Shown here: positions 1-10,012 of the stretch, in pieces
Layout of the letters: every line of letters starts with the position of its first letter
Position numbering within the stretch: the stretch's first letter is position 1
NCBI GenBank assembly: GCA_963666985.2
Contig: CAXXIA010000002.1
Location: 2,144,001-2,208,000, forward strand
From: Spirochaetia bacterium
Lineage (GTDB): Bacteria > Spirochaetota > Spirochaetia > DSM-2461
DNA: 64,000 nt
Direction: 5' to 3'
Notes under the pieces: model-generated
What the model saw: the letters and a program-made list of their open reading frames with translations, nothing else
The model's database searches: none
What the model was told of the DNA's origin: nothing
Made by a program: the position numbers and the translations under genes

Positions 1-1950
1 AGAGCTTTCTTCTTTAATAAATTGATAACGCTTGGCCATCGTTGAAAATTGAAATTGCATGGTTGACGGATCGTTTGGCAATGTGGATTCGTGAATGATT
101 TGATACTTGTCCCACAAATCCTGCTGCCGCCAGTAATGAAGAAAAAAATAGGCTTCAATGGCCTCACTCGCCATTGGATCAGCATATTGATGGATGATTT
201 CTTCTCCGGCATCCGCTGTTTGTCGAAGCATACCGGGAGGCAGAAGTTCCGGAGTTTTGAAGAAAACCACATCTCCTAATTCCCTGCGTCCTTCCCGATT
301 ACACCGGCCGGCGGCCTGGGTAAGCGAATCCAAACCGCACTGAGCCCGATAAACCGAGGGGAAATCAACATCAACGCCGGCTTCAATCAGCTGTGTGCTG
401 ACAACACGGCAAATTTCATTGTTTTTCAATCGTTCTTTTATCGTTTTTAATTTTTCGAGCCGATGAACCGGACACATTCGAGTACTCAAATGAAAATGTC
501 CGTCTTCTTTCCCCAGCTGATTGGCTAATATCGAGGCATGGCGGCGGGTGTTGACGATACACAAAACCTGTTTTTCTTTTATGAGTGAATCGGTGAGCGC
601 TTCGTCTGTAAGTATCGGAATGATTTTTACAGAGGTTCTCTTCATGATTGATGTAAAGGATTCATCCGGTTCGACAATATGCCGGATGTTTTCGATGCCG
701 ATAGAGAAGTCTTCCCCTTTTTCCAAAGCCGGTTTTGTTGCACTGCAAAGCACGACACTGCAGCCGTAATTGTTTACCAATTCATTTAGGGCCAGAAGTG
801 TGGGTTTCAAGAGTTCCACAGGCAACGTTTGGGCTTCATCAAGAATAATAACGCTGTGGGCAATGCGATGGAGTTTGCGGCAGCGGCTGCTTCGATTGGC
901 AAAAAGGGATTCAAAAAATTGAACGTTGGTCGTGACGATAAGCGGAGCATCCCAGTTTTCCGATTGAAGACGATTGGCCTGGTTTTCCTTCTCCGGCTCA
1001 ACATTGCTGTGATGTTCAAGAAGAACTGGATCTCCCAAGGCTTGAAAAACGGATCGATAAACCTCGGCGTTCTGTTCAATAATACTGGTAAACGGAATGG
1101 CCACAACGACTCTTTGAAGGTTGTATTTCAGGGCGTGATCCAGGGCAAATGTTAATGAAGCGAGTGTCTTTCCCCCGCCGGTGGGAACACAAAGATCGAA
1201 GAATCCTGGAGGCAGTTTTGCGTTTTTTCGGCATGAATCCAGAATCCGCCTCCGGACAACGTTTACGGGTGTGTTGTCCGATTTTGATTGCAGAAGGTTC
1301 ATGTACTCATCAAGAATGGGCTTCATTTGAGACAGGAAATTTATTCCTTGCAGGCGAGATGAGGCTTTTTCCGGATTCATATATTCTTCTGTTGCAAGGA
1401 AGTCGGCATCCACCAGACAGGAGTACAGCATGCGAATCCAGAAAGCGACAGTAAAGGAAGCCTGCCGTCTTTCCTTCGGGAACAGGAGAGAGGGAATGGA
1501 GGGAATCGTTTGCCTGATTATTGATTCGGGTACATTTTCTTGCCAGCTGGCAAGTTCTTTTGATAAACGATTCTCCAGGGAACTTCCGGTAACTTCTGAT
1601 GAGTAATCCAGTAGACCGGAATGGTGACCGGCAATAATGTGAGCCAAAATTTTCCCTGCCGATCCGAATTGGTTTACCGCCCATTGTGCTCCGGCCGATG
1701 AGTGATCGACTTTCCCGGAAGTTTCTGAAGTGTGAGAATCGGTGGATGTATTCTTTATTAAGTAATCCTGGAATTCGTTTGAGTATTTACCCAAGTCATG
1801 CCATAAACCAGCTATTTGACACCACTCGGATGAATTAAATGAATTCCCATATTCACCCGAAAGAGAACTGACTCTTTTTAAATGTGTTTCGAGGAGTTCC
1901 CAGGTTTCAATTTCAGATGTATGCGCATAAAAAGGTCTATTGATGTTCAC
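1..1950 (-). CDS. cas3: CRISPR-associated helicase/nuclease Cas3 (HD + SF2 helicase), type I-C-like; 3' end lies outside the window
   Basis: Absent from the ORF track, presumably because it has no stop in the window. Manual translation from GTG at 1950 gives FYAHT...LETHL...GLWHDLGKY...VDHSSAG...IIAGHHSGL (HD domain), VPTGGGKT (Walker A), IILDEAQTLP (motif II) and QAAGRCNREG (motif VI), all in one frame. Confidence 0.95.
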   Translation of the reverse strand, partial: MNINRPFYAHTSEIETWELLETHLKRVSSLSGEYGNSFNSSEWCQIAGLWHDLGKYSNEFQDYLIKNTSTDSHTSETSGKVDHSSAGAQWAVNQFGSAGKILAHIIAGHHSGLLDYSSEVTGSSLENRLSKELASWQENVPESIIRQTIPSIPSLLFPKERRQASFTVAFWIRMLYSCLVDADFLATEEYMNPEKASSRLQGINFLSQMKPILDEYMNLLQSKSDNTPVNVVRRRILDSCRKNAKLPPGFFDLCVPTGGGKTLASLTFALDHALKYNLQRVVVAIPFTSIIEQNAEVYRSVFQALGDPVLLEHHSNVEPEKENQANRLQSENWDAPLIVTTNVQFFESLFANRSSRCRKLHRIAHSVIILDEAQTLPVELLKPTLLALNELVNNYGCSVVLCSATKPALEKGEDFSIGIENIRHIVEPDESFTSIMKRTSVKIIPILTDEALTDSLIKEKQVLCIVNTRRHASILANQLGKEDGHFHLSTRMCPVHRLEKLKTIKERLKNNEICRVVSTQLIEAGVDVDFPSVYRAQCGLDSLTQAAGRCNREGRRELGDVVFFKTPELLPPGMLRQTADAGEEIIHQYADPMASEAIEAYFFLHYWRQQDLWDKYQIIHESTLPNDPSTMQFQFSTMAKRYQFIKEESS

Positions 1951-2074
1951 TTAATGTATATTACATTGCCGAACAAAATTGAAAAAGATTTATTTGTTTA
2001 GGAAGACTTGCTTTCTATACCGGTAAATCTCTAGGACAAACTTAGAAATTTACCGGTAATAAGAGTTTCTCCGT

Positions 2075-2923
2075 CTAGAATTTCACTTCATCCGGATGCA
2101 GGCCCGAGCCGCCGAAATCATCGAGTGAATCAATCACGGACATATCGTGTTCAGAGATTTCGAAATCAAAGACTTGAAGGTTTTCTTGTATTCTCGATGG
2201 AGTTACGGATTTGGGCAGTGGAAGTGTGTTGTTCTGAAGGCACCAGCGAATGCAGAGCCGAGCGACTGATTTACCGTATCGTTCGGCAATTTCCGTCAGT
2301 TTAGGATGGGTAAGCATTCGGCCTGTTCCGAGCGGGCTCCAGGCTTCAATTAAGATGTTGTTTTCCCGGCAGAACCGGACGGTTTCTTCCTGCATGTGTC
2401 CCGGATGGAATTCGATTTGATTCACCATGGGTTTCACGTCCGTTTCCATGAGGGGCGCCAAATGGTGGGGCAAAAAGTTTGAGACGCCGATGGAGCGGAT
2501 GCGTTCCTGCCGGTAGAGTTCCGTTATGGCTCTCCATGTTTCTTTGTTGATGGTTTCCCAGTCGGGGAAGCGGGAGGAAGAGGCGGGCCAGTGGATAAGG
2601 TAAAGATCCAGATAGTCAGTTTGTATTCTCTTCAGAGTTTTCTCGAATGCTTTTAGCGTTCGTGTATATCCGCGATCGGCGTTCCAGACTTTGCTTGTTA
2701 TGAATAATTCTTCTCGCGCGATGCCGGATTCGCGGATTCCTTGTCCGACGCTCTTTTCGTTTCCGTAGACGGCCGCTGTGTCGATGTGACGATACCCCGA
2801 TTCAATGGCCGTTCGAACGGCAGAGGCCGTAATGTCTCCTTCCGGGGACTGCCATGTGCCGAATCCCAGGCAGGGAATGGGATAGCCGTTACTCAAAGCG
2901 ATGGTGTCGGTTGGATTGTTCAT
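2075..2923 (-). CDS. Aldo/keto reductase (DkgA/YvgN-like)
   Basis: GFGTW, GYRHIDTAAVY, LFITSKVW, YLDLYLIHWP, IGVSNF and PLPKSVTPSRIQEN motifs. Confidence 0.95.
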   Translation of the reverse strand: MNNPTDTIALSNGYPIPCLGFGTWQSPEGDITASAVRTAIESGYRHIDTAAVYGNEKSVGQGIRESGIAREELFITSKVWNADRGYTRTLKAFEKTLKRIQTDYLDLYLIHWPASSSRFPDWETINKETWRAITELYRQERIRSIGVSNFLPHHLAPLMETDVKPMVNQIEFHPGHMQEETVRFCRENNILIEAWSPLGTGRMLTHPKLTEIAERYGKSVARLCIRWCLQNNTLPLPKSVTPSRIQENLQVFDFEISEHDMSVIDSLDDFGGSGLHPDEVKF

Positions 2924-2994
2924 GGTGTCTCCTTTTGTCTTTGCTGAAAGTACAGGTAATTATGACGTATAAGACGTTAAAAATAGGGGTGATT

Positions 2995-3741
2995 TCAGAA
3001 GGGAAACGGACTTTTTATCTGAATAAGAACTCCCATATAGACATAGTAGAGAATCAGGATAACCACAAGGAAGGCCAGTTGAATTTTGAATCCGCGGGGC
3101 GTTCCTTTGGGGATTCCCGAGGCCATGCGGATAAGAACCAGGGTATCCGAGAGTGTTAGAAGGCAGGCGGCTATGCCGAGGGTTGTGATTCCCCTGCGAA
3201 GGTCGGCCAGGGCGCCGGCGAAAAGGACGGCCAGTCCGATAGCGTACAAAATTGTCTGCGTCCGGATGTCTTTCGGGGGAGAGAAGGTTTTTATCGTTCC
3301 GAAGACTATGAACGCGATGATGATTCCGCCGATAACGAGGCTTGTTATGATTATCATCGGCTGTGCTTTGTTCATCAATAAGACGGCGCCGATGAAGATG
3401 TTCACCAGCAGGAAAAGGACTCCCGAAAGGATGACGATGGGAGAGGTTCCCGTTTCGGAAGGTTTTTCCGCTTCATTCGCCTGAACGGCGCTCGATCCTT
3501 CTATCCCCAATTCTCCGATGCCCATGGCCAATAATATGACGCTTGGGATAAAGGGAAAGCCGCCGCTTTTGATGATAACAATCATCAAGGCGAAAAAGAG
3601 CAGCAGGGGTGTCGTGATTTTTTTGGCAATGAATAATCCTTGTTTTCTTTCATTATGGAAATAGGCCAGCTGGATGATGAAATTGAAGGCGGCCAGCAGT
3701 ATCCAGAAGAAGTGGGGAGAGATAAAGAAAGAAGATTTCAT
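2995..3741 (-). CDS. Multi-pass membrane protein, YhhN/lysoplasmalogenase-like
   Basis: About 7-8 hydrophobic segments; KKITTP, LSDTL and YYVY resemble YhhN motifs. Confidence 0.5.
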   Translation of the reverse strand: MKSSFFISPHFFWILLAAFNFIIQLAYFHNERKQGLFIAKKITTPLLLFFALMIVIIKSGGFPFIPSVILLAMGIGELGIEGSSAVQANEAEKPSETGTSPIVILSGVLFLLVNIFIGAVLLMNKAQPMIIITSLVIGGIIIAFIVFGTIKTFSPPKDIRTQTILYAIGLAVLFAGALADLRRGITTLGIAACLLTLSDTLVLIRMASGIPKGTPRGFKIQLAFLVVILILYYVYMGVLIQIKSPFPF

Positions 3742-3857
3742 GGGAATCCTCGCTTGGTTAATGATGACTGTTTGCCGTTATTTTATCACAGGTGCCTGAG
3801 AGAAGAAGATATTACCGGCGGTTTGATTTCTTGTTACCGATGAGTTACATTTTGGGT

Positions 3858-4439
3858 GTGTACGATAGAAAGGCAACGGAAAATCAGATTATCAATGCGC
3901 TGGACTCGCTGATTCGCGAATCGGGAATAAAAAGCGTTGGAGTGAATTCGGTGGCTCGGAAAGCGAATGTTTCCAAGGTGCTGATTTATAGGTATTTCGG
4001 CGGTTTGGACGGACTCCTGGAAGAATGGGCGATACGGAAAAGTTACTGGATTGAGGTTCCCGATGAGATTACCCGGATCGACAGCATCGGGACCGGCATA
4101 GAGATAATGATTTCCGGCATGGCCGAAAGTCTTCTTGGCGATGCCTCGCGGAGAGCTGTTCTTCGCTGGCTTCTTGAAGAAGATTCGGAAGCGGGGAAAC
4201 GGGTGAGGGAACGTCTGGAAAAAAGGGGTGTGGAATTAACCCGCATGCTTATGGATCGGAACGCCGTTCCCGAGAGTTGGGATATGGAGGCTCTCGTAGC
4301 CGTTATTACGGCCGGAGTGAGTTATCTTGCGCTTATGAGCGATAGATCGGATGTTTATAATGGGATTTCGCTGAAGACTTCCGAAGGCTGGGAACGGCTT
4401 AGCCGGGGAATCGCGGAAGTCTTTTCCGAAATGGCGTAG
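3858..4439 (+). CDS. TetR-family transcriptional regulator
   Basis: N-terminal HTH (GVNSVARKANVSKVLIYRYFGG); start placed at GTG 3858, 6 nt after a TACATT -10 box. Confidence 0.9.
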   Translation: MYDRKATENQIINALDSLIRESGIKSVGVNSVARKANVSKVLIYRYFGGLDGLLEEWAIRKSYWIEVPDEITRIDSIGTGIEIMISGMAESLLGDASRRAVLRWLLEEDSEAGKRVRERLEKRGVELTRMLMDRNAVPESWDMEALVAVITAGVSYLALMSDRSDVYNGISLKTSEGWERLSRGIAEVFSEMA

Positions 4440-4445
4440 AATTTT

Positions 4446-4470
4446 AAAAGGCCGGATAAGCCTTTTTTTT
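4446..4470 (+). terminator. Intrinsic terminator after tetR
   Basis: aaaaggc-cggataa-gcctttttttt hairpin with U tract. Confidence 0.7.
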
Positions 4471-4475
4471 AAATC

Positions 4476-4501
4476 TTAATGTTACTGAACAGTAACATTA
4501 A
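4476..4501. promoter_or_regulatory. Putative TetR operator
   Basis: Perfect inverted repeat TTAATGTTACTG-AA-CAGTAACATTAA; degenerate copy at 3832-3851. Confidence 0.75.
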
Positions 4502-4520
4502 AGGCATAAGGGAGATAAGG

Positions 4521-5246
4521 ATGAAGATTAGTACGGGTGGATGGAAAATGGTCGGTTTTCTCATACTGTTCGGCGCGGTTGTGTGCGTCGGCTGTATGTC
4601 ATCGGGCGGATCGGAGGAGGACGCGGATTATGTTCTTTGCATTGAGCCGGGAGAGGAATGGATACACCGGTTTTCCGCTCTGATAAAGAATCCGCCTCAA
4701 ATCGCGGCATGGATTGAGGATGAAGAGGGAAACTACCTGGAGTCGATTTATGTTACCAAGAAAGCGGCAAAGGAAGGGTGGCTTGCCAATAAGGGGAATC
4801 GCCGGGTTGAGGCCCTTCCCCGATGGGCGCATCAGCGCAACATCACCGATTCGGCGGGGATTCTGATGCCGTCGAAAAAACAGCCGTTGGCCGACGGGGT
4901 GTCCGGGGCGACTCCGAAGAATGTCGTGGAAATCCCCTTTGAGGCGCCAAGCGGAACGGAGCGGTTCCGTCTGGTTTTGGAAATCAATCATTCCACGGAT
5001 TTCAATGCGGCTTGGCCCGAAGATGCCCGAAAAGGAGATGCGAATTGGTCGGGAGGTTCGGAAGGCAGCGGTCAGCCGTCGTTGGTGTATTCGGCTCTCA
5101 TCGGCGGCGGAAAATCCGGTCCTTGGGAATTGTCTTTGGACGGTCATGGAAGTCCCGACGGTTCCGACGGCGGAATTGATCCGGATGTTTCTTCATTCAC
5201 TTCCGCGGTGAAGATCTTGAAGCGGGCCGAAGTTGCGGCGCCGTAA
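4521..5246 (+). CDS. DUF2271-like lipoprotein
   Basis: Hydrophobic leader ending VCVGC; PQIAAWIED...Y...YVT...LPRW...DGVSGATP...EINHS motifs. Confidence 0.7.
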   Translation: MKISTGGWKMVGFLILFGAVVCVGCMSSGGSEEDADYVLCIEPGEEWIHRFSALIKNPPQIAAWIEDEEGNYLESIYVTKKAAKEGWLANKGNRRVEALPRWAHQRNITDSAGILMPSKKQPLADGVSGATPKNVVEIPFEAPSGTERFRLVLEINHSTDFNAAWPEDARKGDANWSGGSEGSGQPSLVYSALIGGGKSGPWELSLDGHGSPDGSDGGIDPDVSSFTSAVKILKRAEVAAP

Positions 5247-5413
5247 CGGCCGGAGGCGATGGGCGGTGTGCCCGGGAATTGAAATCTGAAGTCGAGAAGG
5301 TCGGCCTTTGCCGGTGCGCGGGGGGGAGCGGCCGAACGGCTTCGGGGGTCGTCCCCAAAAAAAGGCCGTTCCAAATTCATGGAACGGCCCGATGAGCGGA
5401 TATTCTGAGTGAA

Positions 5414-7771
5414 TTACAGGCTGATGAGGAGTGTTTCGCCGGATGGTGTTATCAGGATTTCTCCTTCGACGGTTTCCGCGCGTCCGCCTTCCACGTTTTG
5501 AACTTTGGGAATGTTCTTTAAAAGGATCCGGCCGGTTCCCAGGGATTTGGAAAGTTCGATTCGTATTAAGGACTTATTCTTTTCGGCCCGGGCGGTAAAA
5601 ACGATGTTCCCTTGTGTATCCGGGATTTCACAGACGGCCGTACAGCCTTCTTCAAGCTGATACAAGGCCAGTGTGACTCCTTGAAGATAGTCGTAATCGG
5701 GGCGTGAGTAATCCGATCCGAAGGCGATGAAGGAATTCTCGCGGATATGGAGAGGCAGTGAGAAATAATCATAATCCTCTTTGTACCAGCGGCCGCCTTC
5801 CCGAACTTCGCCTGTGAAATATTCGGTCCATTTCCCTTCCGGCAGATAGAAGTCGACGCGGCCTTCTTCGCTGAATACCGGTGCGACCAGCAGGCTGTCG
5901 CCGAACATGTACTGCATATCCAGATACGCCGCGGCAGGGTCGTTATGGTAATCGATCACCATGGCCCTCATTACCGGGAGTCCTTCGGCGGCGGCTTTGA
6001 CGGCCATCCGGTAGATATAGGGCATGAGACGGTTTTTTATACGGATGAAATGGCGCAGAACATCGCTGGATTCTTCGTCGAAGATCCAGGGAACCCGGTA
6101 GCTTGTTGAACCGTGCAGACGGCTGTGCGTTGAGAAGATTCCGAAAGCCGTCCATCTTTTGTATAGATCCGGTGAAGGCTGTTCTTCGAAACCGGCGATG
6201 TCGTGGCTCCAGAACGCGAATCCGGATGCCGACAGAGACAAGCCTCCCCGCAGGGTTTCGGCCATGGACGCATAGGAGGCCGAGCTGTCGCCGCCCCAGT
6301 GCAGAGGATATTTCTGCGATCCGGCCGTGGCGCTTCGGGCGAAGAGCACCGCTTCGCCTTTGCCTCTTTTTCGTTCCAAAAGTTCAAAAACACATTTCCC
6401 GTAGAGATAGGGATAGTAGTTGTGCATCGACTGCGGATCGGCGCCATTGTTGTAAACGACATCCACGGGGATTCGTTCACCGAAATCCGTTTTGAATGCG
6501 TCAACGCCCATATCCAGGAGTGTTTCCAGTTTGTCGGAAAACCATTTGCAGGCGTCGGGATTCGTAAAATCAACCAAGGCCATTCCGGGCTGCCACCAGT
6601 CGATCTGCTTGACTCCTTTTCCGTCGGCCCGCCGAAGGAAATATCCGTTCTTTACGCCTTCTTCAAAAAAGTCGGTTCCCTGCGCGACATAAGGGTTGGT
6701 CCAAACGGAGATTTTCAGGCCTTTCTGTTTCTGGCGTTTCAGCATTGCCGCGACGTCGGGGAACACTCTGTCGTCCCATTCGAAATCACTCCAATGAAGT
6801 TCTTTCATCCAGAAGCAGTCGTAATGGAAAACGCTTAAGGGAATATCCCGTTTGGCCATTCCGTCTATAAAGGACGTTGTTGTTTTTTCATCGTAGTTCG
6901 TCGTGAATGAAGTGGAAAGCCATAATCCGAACGACCAGGCCGGAAGCAGAGCCGCGCGTCCGGTTAAGGCGGTATAGGATTTCAGGATTTCTTTGGGAGA
7001 TGGTCCGTATATGAAGTCGTATCTTAAGACTTCTCCGGGAACGGAAAAGCCGACGTATTCCACTTTTTCACTGGCGACTTCAAACGAAACGTTATCGGTA
7101 TGATCGACCAGGATTCCGTATCCTTTGTTCGTGAAGTAAAAGGGTATGCTTTTGTAGGCGATTTGCGATGAGGTGCCGCCGTCTTCGTTCCAGGTTTCAA
7201 CGACCTGACCGTTTTTTACGAACGAGGTGAATCGTTCGCCGAATCCGTAGACGCATTCGCCGGGCTTCAGTGAAAGCTCACTAACCATGCGGGGCCGGCA
7301 GTTCTCGCTCAGGTAATTCGGTCCCGGAAGCATGGATGAGAGTTCTTTTTCGTACCGCATGTATCCGAGGTTTCGAAACCCGCAGGAGGTAATTACTTTT
7401 CCGCCGGATTCAAAACTGTAGCCCCAGGTTTTTCGATTTACGCGAACCAGAATGTCTCCGGTTTTCATAACGGCTTCGTCTTCGGAGATTTGAACATCCG
7501 CTTCTTGGGGATTGAGATTTTTCTCAAAGCGGGCTTCCTTGCGGTTATAGGCTTCATAATGCCGGGTTCTTACGGAAATCACGTTTTTCGCGGGCGATGT
7601 GAATTCCAGCGTCAGCGTGGAAATATTCATGGTATCCGCGCGGGTTCCGATCTTTTTCTCGGGGGCGACCACCCTCATTCCGCCCGGAATGGGCCGGATG
7701 TCGTAAGCGTCCATGGCGAAAGCGGCATTGGCCCGCTCACTGCGAAGCCAGTAACCTTCAGTGAACTTCAT
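5414..7771 (-). CDS. yicI: Alpha-xylosidase (GH31)
   Basis: MKFTEGYW, WLSTSFTTNYDE, FHYDCFWM, FKTDFGERIP, WSHDIAGF and HSRLHGS motifs. Confidence 0.93.
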   Translation of the reverse strand: MKFTEGYWLRSERANAAFAMDAYDIRPIPGGMRVVAPEKKIGTRADTMNISTLTLEFTSPAKNVISVRTRHYEAYNRKEARFEKNLNPQEADVQISEDEAVMKTGDILVRVNRKTWGYSFESGGKVITSCGFRNLGYMRYEKELSSMLPGPNYLSENCRPRMVSELSLKPGECVYGFGERFTSFVKNGQVVETWNEDGGTSSQIAYKSIPFYFTNKGYGILVDHTDNVSFEVASEKVEYVGFSVPGEVLRYDFIYGPSPKEILKSYTALTGRAALLPAWSFGLWLSTSFTTNYDEKTTTSFIDGMAKRDIPLSVFHYDCFWMKELHWSDFEWDDRVFPDVAAMLKRQKQKGLKISVWTNPYVAQGTDFFEEGVKNGYFLRRADGKGVKQIDWWQPGMALVDFTNPDACKWFSDKLETLLDMGVDAFKTDFGERIPVDVVYNNGADPQSMHNYYPYLYGKCVFELLERKRGKGEAVLFARSATAGSQKYPLHWGGDSSASYASMAETLRGGLSLSASGFAFWSHDIAGFEEQPSPDLYKRWTAFGIFSTHSRLHGSTSYRVPWIFDEESSDVLRHFIRIKNRLMPYIYRMAVKAAAEGLPVMRAMVIDYHNDPAAAYLDMQYMFGDSLLVAPVFSEEGRVDFYLPEGKWTEYFTGEVREGGRWYKEDYDYFSLPLHIRENSFIAFGSDYSRPDYDYLQGVTLALYQLEEGCTAVCEIPDTQGNIVFTARAEKNKSLIRIELSKSLGTGRILLKNIPKVQNVEGGRAETVEGEILITPSGETLLISL

Positions 7772-7854
7772 TTATTTTATTCCTTTGCTGGTAACATTTA
7801 AGGAAGCGGGTGGAAACCCGCTTCCGCATTTTTCTTAACGATTCCGGTGATGAA

Positions 7855-9108
7855 TCAGTTCTTGCCTTCCAGTTCAATCCATTTGGATTCAATCTCGGCA
7901 ATAACAGAATCCTTGTCCGCGGCTCCGGCGACGTAGGACTGCATCAGTTCTCCGAAGGCTTGATGGAAGCTGTCGGTTGAATAGGCGACTCCCAGAGTTC
8001 CGGCGCCTTCGGCGGCCACATGGGCATTCCCCTGCTTGATTACTTCAAAGTCGGGAGCGGGCGCGCCTTTTACGGGAGGTATAACACCGGCGACATTGGA
8101 GAACCAGGCCTTTCCGTAATCGGAGGTGTACCACCAATTGACGAAATCCAGAACGGCGGGGAGAACATCCGAATCTTTATAAACCCGCAGAGCCTGATCG
8201 GAACCGGCGATAACCTTTGTGAGCGAGGCGTTTTCATTAACGGGGTAGCCGTCGAATCCGATGGCAATATTCGGATTGATTTTCAGAACATCGGCCTCAA
8301 TCCAGGCGCCTTGTCCGGTAACCATGGCGGTTTTGCCGGAAGCCAGCGCGGCGATTTCCGTGCTGATGGTTGATTCCAAAGGTTTGTTGTCGCCGTATTT
8401 CTTCACCAAGTCGATGAAGCGGAAGAAATCGTTGTACAGGGCGGGGTAGTCGGAGAAGTGGGCTTTCCCGGCGATAAAGTCGGCAACCATGCCTTCGACA
8501 TCATCCGGCTGAGCCGCATACATGAAATGCTGGAAGATGTGCTTGTAAACCCACCATTCGGCAAAACCGCTTGAGAACGGCGTGTATCCGGCCGCGGCGA
8601 TTTTTTTACAGGCGTTTTCCAAGGCGGAGAAGGTTTGGGGGAATTCGGTTATGCCGACTTCCTTGAAGATGTCTTTGTTGTAAACGATTCCGAAGAAGTT
8701 GCCTTTGATGGCGAATCCGTGCACTTCGCTGCCGCTTTTCATCATGGCTTTGACCGGATCGTCCATCGCCGAGGTGATCGGCTGACCGGAGAGATCCTTC
8801 GAATAGTCCAGATAAACGGCAATTTCTTTTCCCGAAGTCGTTGAAAAGATGTCCGGAGCTTCACCGGAGTTCAGCTTGGCTTTCAGCAGAGTCGGGTAGT
8901 CGTTCTGGGTTGTTTCATAGTTGATGGTAACATCCGGCGCGACTTTTTTGTATTCGGCGATCAGCTGATTGATGGCGTCGGCGTATTCCGGCTGGGAAAT
9001 AAACATGTAGATTTCCGTGCCGGAGGAACTTCCGTCCGCGCCGCCGCCGGCGAAGGCCGTCATGACCGAAGCCATGATGAGGAATACGAATAAACCGTAC
9101 TTTTTCAT
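7855..9108 (-). CDS. Carbohydrate ABC transporter substrate-binding protein
   Basis: Signal peptide, SGEAPDIF and GIVYNKDIF; in operon with two permeases. Confidence 0.9.
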   Translation of the reverse strand: MKKYGLFVFLIMASVMTAFAGGGADGSSSGTEIYMFISQPEYADAINQLIAEYKKVAPDVTINYETTQNDYPTLLKAKLNSGEAPDIFSTTSGKEIAVYLDYSKDLSGQPITSAMDDPVKAMMKSGSEVHGFAIKGNFFGIVYNKDIFKEVGITEFPQTFSALENACKKIAAAGYTPFSSGFAEWWVYKHIFQHFMYAAQPDDVEGMVADFIAGKAHFSDYPALYNDFFRFIDLVKKYGDNKPLESTISTEIAALASGKTAMVTGQGAWIEADVLKINPNIAIGFDGYPVNENASLTKVIAGSDQALRVYKDSDVLPAVLDFVNWWYTSDYGKAWFSNVAGVIPPVKGAPAPDFEVIKQGNAHVAAEGAGTLGVAYSTDSFHQAFGELMQSYVAGAADKDSVIAEIESKWIELEGKN

Positions 9109-9172
9109 TAAGACACTCCTTGTTTGTTCTATTTCTTCCGGCTCCCGCCGGTTTTTCACACGGTATGGAACG

Positions 9173-10012
9173 CTAGCCTTTCACCGCTCCGGCGACGGCC
9201 CCTTCCACGATGTAGCGCTGAAGCAGGATGAACACGATGATGGAGGGCAGAACCACCAAAACCATGGCCGTCATGGCATAGTGCCATTGGGTATTGAACT
9301 GACCCACGAAGGTGTACGCGGATAACACCAGTGTTTTTGTAATCGGGCGGCTGTTCACCATCAGAAGAGGCAGAAGGAAATCGTTCCAAATCCACATTAC
9401 ATCCAGAACCACCACCGTGGTGGTAACGGTTTTCAGCATGGGAAAAATCACGCCGGTAAATGTTCTCATCGTCGACGCGCCGTCGATCCGGGCGCTTTCG
9501 TCGATTTCCTTCGGGATGGTTTTCATGAAGTTGAAGAAAATGAACGTGGCCATGGGAATCCCGAAACCCCAGTACTGGATTCCCAGTCCCCACGTGGATC
9601 CCGAAAGATGAACGACATTCATGACTTTGAGCAGCGTTATCATGAAGGTTTGGAAGGGAATCAGCATGGGGATGATAATCAGCGAGTAAGCGAACCTGGT
9701 GTAGCGCGTGTTCCTTCGATCCAGCATGTAGGCTCCGAGAGAAGAGAGGAACACAATTCCGATGAGTCCGATGACGGTTATAACGATGTTGTTGAAGAAC
9801 AGCCGCGGATAATTCATTTTCTCAATCACATCCGCGTAGTTTTGAAAGGAAGGTTCTCGGGGCAGTGCGATAACGTCCGATACGACTTCTCCGAACGGCT
9901 TCAGGGAATTCATGAACATCAGGAATACCGGATAAATGTAAACCGCCGCGATAAGAATCAGAATGATTTCAAAGACGATGATACCGATTTTTCTTTTCGC
10001 CGCTCTTGTCAT
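9173..10012 (-). CDS. Carbohydrate ABC permease (MalG-type)
   Basis: IPKEIDESARIDGA EAA motif; WNDFLLPL. Confidence 0.93.
   Translation of the reverse strand: MTRAAKRKIGIIVFEIILILIAAVYIYPVFLMFMNSLKPFGEVVSDVIALPREPSFQNYADVIEKMNYPRLFFNNIVITVIGLIGIVFLSSLGAYMLDRRNTRYTRFAYSLIIIPMLIPFQTFMITLLKVMNVVHLSGSTWGLGIQYWGFGIPMATFIFFNFMKTIPKEIDESARIDGASTMRTFTGVIFPMLKTVTTTVVVLDVMWIWNDFLLPLLMVNSRPITKTLVLSAYTFVGQFNTQWHYAMTAMVLVVLPSIIVFILLQRYIVEGAVAGAVKG

Noticed and set aside
91..1684. Short ORFs listed in the first 1.7 kb
   Set aside because: They all overlap the cas3 reading frame.
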